Assembly: GCA_029856125.1 (NCBI GenBank)
Contig: JAHQWJ010000107.1
Location: 32,001-96,000 of the forward strand
Source of the DNA: Promethearchaeia archaeon
Lineage (GTDB): Archaea > Asgardarchaeota > Lokiarchaeia > Sigyniarchaeales > SOKP01
Direction of reading: 5' to 3'
DNA: 64,000 nucleotides
A program made the position numbers and the translations under genes. Positions 9,520-18,904 of this stretch are shown here, piece by piece. A model generated the notes under the pieces. The model searched no databases and was not told where the DNA came from. It saw only the letters and a list, made by a program, of their open reading frames with translations. Within the stretch, counting starts at the first letter, position 1, and each line of letters starts with the position of its first letter.

Positions 9520-10626
9520 TTAACATTCAATTTCTATTATTAGCTCTTCCTTGTATCCGATTATCACTTTTGCAAGTCCTTTAAGCATTTCATCGGTTTT
9601 AATATCGCCAGTATCTACCATTAAACATCTTAAACCTTTAATTTTTTCTTCAGTTGAAACTATTTTAATATTATTTTTTCCAATTCTTTTTAGAATATTA
9701 GGAGTAATCTGCTTATTACCTCTTCCAAAAATAAATCCTTGCCCACCTATTGGCGAAACGATAATTTTTGCCTTTTTACATTTATTCAGAAGTTCTAGGA
9801 TTCCACGTTCATTTAAATCAACACCAATAATCTTATCGTTATAAAGAGCATCAACTCCAAGTAAGCTTTTTGTTAGATTTAACTGATCAGTGATTGCTTT
9901 TACAGTTGTACCAGGTCCAAGTAAATATAGTGTATCATCTTCTAAATTTTCAATAACATGTTGAGCAATTTCATTTTTATTTTCTTTAATGGATCTTCCT
10001 ATTTTAGAACTATCTTTCCCAGCCTGTAGAAGATTTATAACTTTAGGAACATTTAAGTATCCGTATAGTCTTGAATCTAAAATTCCTTCTCGAAACGATT
10101 CTTCATTAATATCTAAAACCTCATTTTCCTGAAGTTCTACTATTTCATTTATGAATTTATCAACAATTTCGGCAGCAGCTCTAGGGTTAATGGCAAAAAC
10201 AGAGCTGAACATTTTAACGCCAGAAGGTATTGCCACAACAGGTATGGATATGCCAATGGCATCGTGAATATCTCTGGCTGTCCCGTCTCCGCCACAAAAA
10301 ATCAATAATTCAATATTTTGTTGCTTCATCATTTTAGCTATTCTTTTTGTATCTTCAGCAGTAGTTTCTTGATTGATATCACCAATTATTTCGAAATTAA
10401 TGCCAGTTTCTTTCACAATATTAGCGCCCATATTTCCTGGAGCAACCAATAAATGAATTTTACCTTTGGTTTTTATCTTAGAAAGAAAAGAGCGAATTCT
10501 ATCAGGGGTTATTGGTTTAGCACCCATTTTAATAGCTTTCTTAAATGTGTCACCATCTGTTCCTTTTAGCCCTACGCTACCGCCCATCCCTGCGATTGGA
10601 TTTACTATGAGCCCAATTTTCTTCAT
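9520..10626 (-). CDS. ATP-NAD kinase family protein (archaeal type)
   Basis: VNPIAGMGG.VGLKGTDG, GGDGTARD, PSGVKMFS, GGQGFIFGRGN. Confidence 0.8.
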   Translation of the reverse strand: MKKIGLIVNPIAGMGGSVGLKGTDGDTFKKAIKMGAKPITPDRIRSFLSKIKTKGKIHLLVAPGNMGANIVKETGINFEIIGDINQETTAEDTKRIAKMMKQQNIELLIFCGGDGTARDIHDAIGISIPVVAIPSGVKMFSSVFAINPRAAAEIVDKFINEIVELQENEVLDINEESFREGILDSRLYGYLNVPKVINLLQAGKDSSKIGRSIKENKNEIAQHVIENLEDDTLYLLGPGTTVKAITDQLNLTKSLLGVDALYNDKIIGVDLNERGILELLNKCKKAKIIVSPIGGQGFIFGRGNKQITPNILKRIGKNNIKIVSTEEKIKGLRCLMVDTGDIKTDEMLKGLAKVIIGYKEELIIEIEC

Positions 10627-10827
10627 ATTGATATTTTACCCTTGTAAGAGGTCGAGATAGTTTCACTTATGATTTGAATTTAAACTTTTATTTCCTATTA
10701 CAAACAATATAATTTAGGATTCCTTACTTTTATAATTTTAAATTAAAAAATGAAAGGAGAAGAAAATACGCGCAATAATGAAATCTTCAGTAATTTGTTT
10801 TACACCTAGAAATTAACCAACTGTGAG

Positions 10828-11031
10828 TTAATTATTCAATTTATCATAGCAATTTTGGCAGAAAAAGATTTTCCGCCCTTTTGAAATGTCCTTAACCATA
10901 TAACCTTTCTTATGCGCAGTCTCACAACCCCAACACAGCTTAGTAATATGAGTTTCAACGATGTGATATTCTTTTTTATCAAATTTATCTTCTTTTATGA
11001 GTTCCTTATAACTTGACAATATTTCGCTCAA
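10828..11031 (-). CDS. Small zinc-finger protein
   Basis: 67 aa with CWGC and CQNC pairs; TTG start uncertain. Confidence 0.55.
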   Translation of the reverse strand: MSEILSSYKELIKEDKFDKKEYHIVETHITKLCWGCETAHKKGYMVKDISKGRKIFFCQNCYDKLNN

Positions 11032-11276
11032 CTTTAGGTTTTATAATTATGAATGAGTTTTCGAATAATCATTCAATATATTTTATTATTTGAATAGAAT
11101 CATATGAGATATTTAAATATTATGAGTGCGTAATATTGGTAGTTATAAGGATTCTAATAAAAGCCTTGGTTGAAATTTATCGGCGAAAGTTGAAAGAAGA
11201 GTGAACTCTACTTTTGTTAATATAATTTTCTTGTAGATCAAAAAAAGCATATTTAGTAAGGAAAATTACTCTTTTT

Positions 11277-11903
11277 ATGGAATATTGGGAAAAGCGTTTC
11301 TTAGATGGCGGTAAAATCTGGGGAGAAAAGCCTAGTAAAACCGCTATTCACGCTCTTGAGCTTTTTCAAAGGCACGATGTTAACAAAATTTTGGTTCTGG
11401 GAGCAGGTTATGGTCGAAATACGAAATTATTTACGGATGCTAATTTAGAAGTAGTAGGAATTGAAGTTTCTGAATCCGCTATAAAAATAGCGAGGAATTT
11501 GAACCCAAAAACTCAATTTTTTCACGGATCAGTATTAGACATGCCTTTTAACGACGAACAATACGATGGTATCTATAGCTGTAATGTATTGCATTTATTC
11601 CTGAAAGACGATCGAATTTCTTTCTTGAAGAAATGTTATAAACAATTGAAGACAAAAGGTTTTGTCTTTTTTGTGGTATTTTCTGACAAGGAAATAAGTT
11701 TTGGAAAGGGAAAACGAGTTGAAGAAAATACCTACGAAATTAAACCTTGGAGACCCGCTCACTATTTCACAGAAATCGATTTACGAGACCATTTTAAGGA
11801 ATATTCAGTAATTAAAACGGGATTAATCGAAGATGTAGAAAACCATGGAGATTTAGGTCCTCATTCGCATATTCTTAGATATATTTTTGCCCAAAAGGAG
11901 TAA
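11277..11903 (+). CDS. Class I SAM-dependent methyltransferase
   Basis: LVLGAGYGRN motif I, GIEVS, YDGIY. Confidence 0.85.
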   Translation: MEYWEKRFLDGGKIWGEKPSKTAIHALELFQRHDVNKILVLGAGYGRNTKLFTDANLEVVGIEVSESAIKIARNLNPKTQFFHGSVLDMPFNDEQYDGIYSCNVLHLFLKDDRISFLKKCYKQLKTKGFVFFVVFSDKEISFGKGKRVEENTYEIKPWRPAHYFTEIDLRDHFKEYSVIKTGLIEDVENHGDLGPHSHILRYIFAQKE

Positions 11904-12140
11904 ATACTTAGAGAGTAAACATTATTTCATGTATAAGTTAATAAAAATGTTAAGGAATACATAGGACACAATCCTATCGTTCATCTTCCACTATCATTTT
12001 CTGAAAGATTTCAATCTTCTTCAAGATTTATTCCTATTAGGTTTAAAATAATGAGAAAAAGTTTCATTTTCCTTTCCGTATTTTGTTAAAATTATCCTCT
12101 TAAATGTTCCTATATCCAATCGATTTTTCACTTTTTCTCA

Positions 12141-12501
12141 TCAACATCCAACATCTTGTTGTAATTCAATAATAGTATCCGGATATAAATTGAATTTGAT
12201 ATCTTCTCTTATTGGATTAAATTTTCTGTAAAGACCTTGATCATCAGGAGCATAAGGAGATAACCCGACATCGTCGTAAATTGTTTCGTCATCCAAATTT
12301 ACAAATAGTTGCAGATAGTTGTGGATATATCCTTCATGAATAGGAAAAATTTTATTCTCTAAACTTTCACTTTCCATTTTGTCAACCAACGCTAATGTTT
12401 CAATAAAATTTGCTTCATCCTTAATCTCAAGATCGTAGTCCTTTCCACTTTGCAAGCCTTTTATCGGAATTGATATTTTAAATTTTAGCTTTTTGACTCA
12501 T
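12141..12501 (-). CDS. Hypothetical protein ending in Gly-Cys, possibly beta-grasp (MoaD/SAMP-like); one-base frameshift near the 5' end
   Basis: SD-like GAGGTG precedes the ATG at 12501. Removing one base from the A5 run (12490-12494) gives MSQKLKFKISIPIKG fused to the 12141..12455 ORF. Confidence 0.5.
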
Positions 12502-12550
12502 CTCACCTCTAATTGATTATAAGTGTTATAATTCTTAAAAAAAAAAAAAA

Positions 12551-13414
12551 TTAAATCTTTTTGCCCATCTTCTTTCGAGCTTTTTTAAGATCGCTATCGG
12601 TGAATTTATGTACAAGCTTGGGAAATAATCTCATTAATCTCCAATATATTTTAGATGATCCTGCATGAATATAGAGCTTCTCTTTCAATACGCCCTTGAT
12701 AATAACTTCAGCTACTTCATCGGGTTGCATAAGTCCTCCTCTTTCAGCAATTATATTTAACTCTTCAGGTCTGCTCTTTGCTTCTTCGTGGAGTCCGAAT
12801 GTATCAGTATCAGGAGGGTATACTATAGAAACTTTGATGTTATATTGTTTGTATTCATTTCTCAGGACCTCACTTAGTCCTACAATCGCAAATTTAGTGG
12901 GGGTGTACGCAGCATAACCCATTAAACCAATGTATCCTGAAATAGAAGACATGTTAATAAAATGACCCTCTTTTCGTTCCATATAATAAGGCAATACTGT
13001 TAAAATTGGATTTAATTGACCAAAAAAATTGGTATCCATATGAAATTTATAATTCTCGATAGTCAATTTATCTGTATAATCTGGATAAGATATACCTACG
13101 ATATTAAATAAGTAATCTGGAACACCAAACTCTTTAATGTGCTTTTTAAATAACCTTTCAACTTGTTCCATATTAGACATATCGCAGGAAATCACTTCCA
13201 CTAATTGATTTTCGTTTACTTTCAAGCTATTAATCTCTTCATAGGCATCGTTTAATGTTTCTAAAGTTCTTGCTACTATACACACGTTCCCGCCTAATTG
13301 TACGAATAATTTTGCTGTGGCTTTCCCAATCCCTTTTGAACCACCACTAATTATTGCCCATTTTCCTTTAAACGGTTGTTTTTTTATTAGTTTTTCTTTT
13401 ACCATTTGATTCAC
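12551..13414 (-). CDS. SDR oxidoreductase, 3-ketodihydrosphingosine reductase (KDSR)-like subgroup
   Basis: SGGSKGIG, GY.AY.PTKFA (YxxxK), VYPPDTDT.G..EE. Confidence 0.8.
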   Translation of the reverse strand: MNQMVKEKLIKKQPFKGKWAIISGGSKGIGKATAKLFVQLGGNVCIVARTLETLNDAYEEINSLKVNENQLVEVISCDMSNMEQVERLFKKHIKEFGVPDYLFNIVGISYPDYTDKLTIENYKFHMDTNFFGQLNPILTVLPYYMERKEGHFINMSSISGYIGLMGYAAYTPTKFAIVGLSEVLRNEYKQYNIKVSIVYPPDTDTFGLHEEAKSRPEELNIIAERGGLMQPDEVAEVIIKGVLKEKLYIHAGSSKIYWRLMRLFPKLVHKFTDSDLKKARKKMGKKI

Positions 13415-13458
13415 TATTTCTGTTTATATTTTACTAATCTTACTTATTTTTAGTTTTA

Positions 13459-13854
13459 TTAAAAATTTATAAAACCATATACCATGTATAGTATCCCAAA
13501 AATGACGCAATATAAGTTAATAACTAAGCTCATTATTGTATCAGACGTACTCTTCTTATATCCACCATTTTGAGCATTAAAAGATATGTCTAATAGCCCT
13601 AAAAATAAAATAGCACTTCCTGCAGCTATGGAAAAAAACACACCATATCTTTCACCAGTCAATAGACCTATTGCTGCAAGTAATAGAGCAGGTGTCGCCC
13701 AAAATACATCTGGAATTGGAAATGACCTTTCAAAAGCAAGAAAAACTTCAGTATTTTCAGGATTTTTATTCTCTACTAAGAAAAAATATATCCAGAATCC
13801 CCCAATGCCGATAGCTCCAATTATTTGAAATATTGCAATTATCACATTTATCAT
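13459..13854 (-). CDS. Small 4-TM membrane protein
   Basis: 131 aa, hydrophobic, FERSFP.PD motif; co-oriented with the SDRs. Confidence 0.65.
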   Translation of the reverse strand: MINVIIAIFQIIGAIGIGGFWIYFFLVENKNPENTEVFLAFERSFPIPDVFWATPALLLAAIGLLTGERYGVFFSIAAGSAILFLGLLDISFNAQNGGYKKSTSDTIMSLVINLYCVIFGILYMVYGFINF

Positions 13855-13877
13855 TTTTTTTCACCTCTTATTATATA

Positions 13878-14690
13878 TTAGATATCCGATTTAAAATAAT
13901 ATGCTGGAACTCCAACTTCAGTTATTCCTCCATCAATAGGGAAATTATGTCCTGTTATAAAATCCGATAAATGAGATGCTAAAAATAGGAGTACATTCAC
14001 GACATCCTCAACTGTTCCTAATCTGTTTAAAGGAGTTTTGACGTGTCCATCATCCATTATCATTTTAATAGCATCTTCCCTATTATCATAAATACCAGTT
14101 ATATGATATCCTGGAGATATTGAATTAACTGTAACTTTTGGAGCAAGACTTTGAGCCAACATCTGAACCATAGCAATAATTCCAACCTTACTAATAGTAT
14201 AAACTGGAGTTTTATTATCAACTTTCATTCCCGCTATTGATGCTGTATGAATGATTTTTCCTGCTATAGGTTCAAACGTTTGTTTTTTCATTTTTTTTGA
14301 CACTGATTTAGACACTAGCCATTCCCCCTTAAGATTTACATCTAAAATTCTATCCCAATCTTTTTCTTTTGTTCTTAACAAGTCAGCTCCATATGGATAT
14401 CCGACACCTGCATTATTAAATAATACAAAAACATTATCTAATTCTTGAAAGGCTTGTTTTGCCATTGCTTCTACTTGGTCTGACTTTGAAACATCACATA
14501 TTATTGGGATTACCTTTTGGCTAGTTTCTTTTTCAATATCTTTAGATGTCTCTTCTAGAAGCTCTTTATTTATATCTACTAAAACTAAATTTGCTCCTCG
14601 TTCAGCAAAGGCATACGCTACACCCTTTCCAAATCCAGAAGCACCACCTGTAATTATAGCTCCTTTTCCTTCTAAAAATTTACCTTCCAT
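13878..14690 (-). CDS. Classical SDR (FabG-like) oxidoreductase
   Basis: TGGASGFG, NNAG, YTISK, VNSISPG, ITG..FPIDGG. Confidence 0.9.
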   Translation of the reverse strand: MEGKFLEGKGAIITGGASGFGKGVAYAFAERGANLVLVDINKELLEETSKDIEKETSQKVIPIICDVSKSDQVEAMAKQAFQELDNVFVLFNNAGVGYPYGADLLRTKEKDWDRILDVNLKGEWLVSKSVSKKMKKQTFEPIAGKIIHTASIAGMKVDNKTPVYTISKVGIIAMVQMLAQSLAPKVTVNSISPGYHITGIYDNREDAIKMIMDDGHVKTPLNRLGTVEDVVNVLLFLASHLSDFITGHNFPIDGGITEVGVPAYYFKSDI

Positions 14691-14823
14691 ATCTTTTCAT
14701 CTTTTATATCAAATATCTTATATGATTTATTTGTTGTTAAATCATTTAAATATTTAATTCAAGTAGTGAATATCAAAAAAAGAGGAAAATAATAATCAGT
14801 TTTCCTAATATAATATAGTAATA

Positions 14824-14886
14824 TTTGATAACCCGTGCAAGGTAGTCCTCAAGCGTCTAGAATTTATACACTTGAATCATTCAATT
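14824..14886 (-). promoter_or_regulatory. SECIS element (eukaryote-like, 3'UTR)
   Basis: Minus strand: ATGA (14880-14877)-T-TCAAGTGT-ATAAATTCTAG-ACGCTTGA-G-GA-C-T-ACCT-TGCAC-GGGT. Same architecture as 3043-3110 with compensatory stem changes. Confidence 0.85.
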
Positions 14887-14899
14887 TTTATTTTTGGAA

Positions 14900-15406
14900 T
14901 TAATTTTGTAAATAAGTATCAATCGCGTTTAGAATATCTTGAATTTTAGGTCTATCTGTTTTAGTACCGATATAACGCCACACGATTTTACCATTTCGAT
15001 CTATTAGGTAAGTTGAAGGAATTGCGAGCTCACTTTTGATCGTATCATAATCTATTGGTATTCCAAAGACATTATAATCTTTTGAAATCTTTGCTTGTTC
15101 GTCCGCAATTATCGAAAATTTATAGTTTTCCTTGTCGGCAAGCCGTTTTAAAAGTCTTGCTCTATCCGTTGCGATTGACACAAATTTTACATTTCTCATT
15201 TCAATTTCAGATATATCGTTGTTAAGTTTTAATAATTGTTCCTTTCAATAGTGTCACCAAGCACCTCTGAAAAAATCGATTAATAATCCGCGGTATTCTT
15301 GAAGAACATCTGTTGAATTGATTTTAGCTCCATGGATATCAACAGTATCAATCACTGGTGCCATGCTCCCTGTCTTTAAACCTTTTTCAGAATTTGAGAC
15401 AGTCAT
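14900..15406 (-). CDS. Peroxiredoxin-like (AhpC/TSA) selenoprotein with UxxU motif
   Basis: ATG at 15406 reads MTVSNSEKGLKTGSMAPVIDTVDIHG...LIDFFRGAW-TGA(15256-15254)-HY-TGA(15247-15245)-KEQLLKL... in frame into the 14900..15199 ORF. 168 aa, paralog of 2522..3040, followed by a SECIS. Confidence 0.88.
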
Positions 15407-15539
15407 TATACCGTTGAAAAAAATGCATTGAATTTAAAAAAAATTCTGATGAATTATAAAACTTGCCCAGTAAGAAGAAAAACTAGAGGCAAATATTTAT
15501 TTACATAGCTCATTTTAAGATTTAATATAGATAACCCAA

Positions 15540-17132
15540 GTGATTAAAAAAATGGTAGACAAAGTTATTCCATTTCTTATAAATGTGGGGGAGGTTATTC
15601 CTACTCGCTCTAAAGCTACATTGTTAGACGAGATGGCGATGGCATTAAATGAATGCATAAACATTTATGGAAAAACTATTAAGAAGTTAGGAAAAATTAA
15701 TAGAATCTCATTATGTTTTTGGCCCGTTCGTTTAATTCCTTTAAGCGATACTCGTGCCTGTGTTTGTAGTTACTTACTCAATAAACAAGAAAAATTAAGT
15801 GTTGGTAAATTCTCCCAAACACCTCCCAATCCCAATAATATTATTCAAGGGGCAGATCCCGCTTCCTTTTTGAATTCGCTAACCTCATATAATGCTACTT
15901 ATTTAAAAAAACCAAAAAATTATAAGAGAGGTACGGCTATTCAAGAAGCTCTATTTAGTTCTAGTGAAGTTGATTATTTTAAGAACTTTTTCTTGAATCA
16001 ATACAATGTTAGTTCATTTAACGAGCCATATTTTCTTTTAGAAGGAGGGCCAATACCAAAAAGCATTAATCAAGCAAAAATTATTCCAGAGGTATTTGAG
16101 TTCATCTCGCAAACGGATGTTAAAATGTTAGCTAATTATGGTCAAAATATTATAAAATTATGCGATAGGTGGATTCAGAGAGGTTCTCAAGAAACAGACA
16201 AATTAAAAACAAAAAAAATTGACACCAGTGAAGAAGAAAAGCAGCTAACTCAAATTACCAGAGAACTCGAGGCTGAAAAAAATCGGAAAATCGAAGCTAC
16301 TCCAGAGGAATTAGTTAAAAGTGGAAAATATAAGATCAGCGATAAGACTGGCGATCTTTATAATAATCTTAGTGCTTCTAAAAATTCCGTTGATCGTCTT
16401 AAGAATGCTATCAATAAAAACGATTTATTTGAAGTGGAAGAAGCATTGAAAGATTTAAACATAAAATACAAGGATTTAGGAAACACGATTGGTAGATATC
16501 AAACTGAAATTACTCAAGTAAAGAAGAACATACAAAAAGAATTAAATGATTTAGAAAGATCAAAGCAACAAAGAATAAGAGAGCTTGAAAGAAAAAAATC
16601 TGAGATAGAAAGTACAATTCAAACAAAACACAGCGAGCTTAGTGGTGATCTAAGTTCTGCCGAAGATACTGTAGCAAGGATCAAACAGGAAAAGCAATCT
16701 TGCTTGGATAATATCGATAGAATCAGGGACATTGAGATGACTAGCGTACAAAACTTCTTCAATACTTATTCTATCGAGATAAGAACTAAAGATGTTGTGG
16801 TAGGTGTGCCTATGTTCGTTTTCTATTTTATCGATCCGAATACACGTCGAACTACTGAAAGAGCTCCCGTATTACCTATACTAATCGAAAATGGAAAGAT
16901 CCACCGAACAAAAGTGACCGATTCATTTAGAAGTAAGCTACGGAATCTAATGAACAAGGACAATGCGATGATAAATTTAGTTGAAAACGGAGGAGAAACG
17001 GGAAATTTAATGGAGATCAAAAATGTAGATTCTAAACTCGAGGATGCAATTAATGATTTACGAGTAAGGAAAGTTTTAGGTAAGAAGGAAGCTGAAAGAG
17101 ATAAAGATATTATTTATAATCTAGTTTGGTAA
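15540..17132 (+). CDS. Hypothetical protein with long central coiled coil
   Basis: 530 aa. Residues about 215-400 are E/K/Q-rich with heptad character, flanked by globular regions. Confidence 0.75.
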   Translation: MIKKMVDKVIPFLINVGEVIPTRSKATLLDEMAMALNECINIYGKTIKKLGKINRISLCFWPVRLIPLSDTRACVCSYLLNKQEKLSVGKFSQTPPNPNNIIQGADPASFLNSLTSYNATYLKKPKNYKRGTAIQEALFSSSEVDYFKNFFLNQYNVSSFNEPYFLLEGGPIPKSINQAKIIPEVFEFISQTDVKMLANYGQNIIKLCDRWIQRGSQETDKLKTKKIDTSEEEKQLTQITRELEAEKNRKIEATPEELVKSGKYKISDKTGDLYNNLSASKNSVDRLKNAINKNDLFEVEEALKDLNIKYKDLGNTIGRYQTEITQVKKNIQKELNDLERSKQQRIRELERKKSEIESTIQTKHSELSGDLSSAEDTVARIKQEKQSCLDNIDRIRDIEMTSVQNFFNTYSIEIRTKDVVVGVPMFVFYFIDPNTRRTTERAPVLPILIENGKIHRTKVTDSFRSKLRNLMNKDNAMINLVENGGETGNLMEIKNVDSKLEDAINDLRVRKVLGKKEAERDKDIIYNLVW

Positions 17133-17183
17133 TTGGATCTACTCTACTTTTTTTTATTCTATTTACATCAATTTACACATCAA

Positions 17184-17366
17184 TTAAACTTCCATAAAGT
17201 TCATCTTTTGACCGCAGCATTCTGGAATTGGTTGATAACCACACTCTTCCGATTGGCAACAACATAACAAATAATTGTCTTTGACCATCATAGATTGTTC
17301 ACAACATACTGGCACATCAGTTTCATTTCCACAAATGTCACATTTTAATTTTGGCATTACTATCAA
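17184..17366 (-). CDS. Small Cys-rich metal-binding protein (tandem desulforedoxin-like motifs)
   Basis: CDIC...PVCCEQSM and CCCQSEEC...PECCGQKM; start may be the ATG at 17357. Confidence 0.7.
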   Translation of the reverse strand: MIVMPKLKCDICGNETDVPVCCEQSMMVKDNYLLCCCQSEECGYQPIPECCGQKMNFMEV

Positions 17367-17661
17367 CTCCTACTCATAAATTTCCTATCTTTCAGATAAT
17401 ATTATGAGCAGAAAAAAGCTTGTTTTATATAATATAAATTTATTTTATATCTCCTTTTTAAATAAAAAGCAAATTAATTAGTTGTACTAGATAATAAAAT
17501 AAAATTCTTATTTGTCTGTCAAATCAATTTTCCATTAAAACAACAAATTTTTAAAGATTATTGTAACACTGAAAATAAAAGAAATCTTTAATTTCATAAG
17601 ATAATATTGAAATTAGATTATAATTTTGTCTTAAGAAAAAAAATAAAAGGAATGATTCGGT

Positions 17662-18045
17662 ATGAAATCATTAATTAGAGTAAGGATGAGTTTAAATGAT
17701 GCTCATTATGGAGGAAATTTAGTTGATGGAGCTAAAATATTAGAATTATTTGGGGATGTTGCTACTGAGTTATTAATTAAAAATGATGGCGATGAGGGTT
17801 TATTTCGGGCTTATGACAGCATTGAATTTTTAGCTCCCGTTTATGCTGGTGATTATATTGAGGCAGAAGGAAAAATTATTGAAATAGGTAACACTTCAAG
17901 AAAGATGATTTTTGAGGCTAGAAAGGTTATCATATTAAAACCAGAGATAAATGATTCTGCGGCCGATTTCTTAAATGAACCTATTGTAGTATGCAAAGCA
18001 AGTGGAACTTGTGTTGTTCCAATAGAGAAACAAAGAAAAAAGTAA
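17662..18045 (+). CDS. kal: 3-aminobutyryl-CoA ammonia-lyase
   Basis: [36 protein letters not shown]; hotdog fold; adjacent to kce. Confidence 0.92.
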   Translation: MKSLIRVRMSLNDAHYGGNLVDGAKILELFGDVATELLIKNDGDEGLFRAYDSIEFLAPVYAGDYIEAEGKIIEIGNTSRKMIFEARKVIILKPEINDSAADFLNEPIVVCKASGTCVVPIEKQRKK

Positions 18046-18046
18046 T

Positions 18047-18880
18047 ATGATGTGTATGGAAAAATTAATTATAACAGCTGCTATATGTGGTGCTGAAGTA
18101 ACAAAAGAATATAATCCTAACGTACCTTATACTGTTAGGGAAATCGGTATCGAAGCAGAAAAATCGTTCTTAGCTGGTGCCAGTATTATTCATCTACATG
18201 TAAGAGAAGACGATGGTATGCCTACTCAGAATCTAAAACGATTCCAAGAGTGTGTCAACGAAATCAAAAACAAATGTCCTGATGTCATCGTTCAGCCATC
18301 AACTGGAGGTGCTATTGGTATGAGCAATGAAGAGAGACTTCAACCTATTTTTATGAATCCACACCCAGAAATGGCTACACTCGATTGCGGAACAATGAAT
18401 TTTGGTGGAGATGAAATTTTCGTTAACACAGAAAATACAATTATCCACTTTGCTAATGAAATGAATTCGCGCGGAATTAAACCCGAGTTAGAGTGCTTTG
18501 ATAAGGGAATGATCGATATGGCATTGAGACTTAATAAGAAAGGATATATTAAAGAACCAATGCATTTCAACTTTGTATTGGGAGTTAACGGTGGGATTGC
18601 CGCAACACCACGGGATTTAATTTATATGGTAAATAGCATACCAAAAAGTTCTACATTTACCGTTTGCGCTATCGGAAGACATGAGTTTCCTATGGTTACG
18701 ATATCAATAGTTCTAGGGGGGCATGCGCGAGTAGGGTTTGAAGATAACATCTATCTTTCAAAGGGAGTCTTAGCTCAGTCCAACAAGGAACTAGTAGAAA
18801 AAGTAGTAAGGATTTCAAAAGAGTTAGATCGGGATATCGCATCCCCTTACGAAGCAAGAAAAATTTTAAGTTTGGATTAA
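18047..18880 (+). CDS. kce: 3-keto-5-aminohexanoate cleavage enzyme
   Basis: KLIITAAICGAE, IIHLHVR, QPSTGGA, HARVGFEDN. Confidence 0.92.
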   Translation: MMCMEKLIITAAICGAEVTKEYNPNVPYTVREIGIEAEKSFLAGASIIHLHVREDDGMPTQNLKRFQECVNEIKNKCPDVIVQPSTGGAIGMSNEERLQPIFMNPHPEMATLDCGTMNFGGDEIFVNTENTIIHFANEMNSRGIKPELECFDKGMIDMALRLNKKGYIKEPMHFNFVLGVNGGIAATPRDLIYMVNSIPKSSTFTVCAIGRHEFPMVTISIVLGGHARVGFEDNIYLSKGVLAQSNKELVEKVVRISKELDRDIASPYEARKILSLD

Positions 18881-18904
18881 AGAAAAAAAGAGGGTTAATA
18901 AATT

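Noticed and set aside
11905-12135. Possible degraded gene remnant between the methyltransferase and the 12141 ORF
   Set aside because: Only short broken frames with no recognisable family.
12138-12149. Gly-Cys-TGA-TGA at the end of the 12141 ORF, resembling a thioredoxin-reductase-like GCU tail
   Set aside because: No copy of the SECIS pattern in the ~250 nt downstream. The hairpin near 11960-11985 lacks the AAA loop and 3' GA. Tandem stop codons are the simpler reading.
15230-15275. Bacterial-type SECIS or recoding hairpin directly after the UGAs
   Set aside because: Only weak 3-4 bp pairings, not shared between the paralogs.
14900-15406. Reading the two Prx-like genes as pseudogenes
   Set aside because: The stops are all TGA, fall exactly on catalytic Cys positions, the frames are otherwise intact, and both genes have a matching SECIS.
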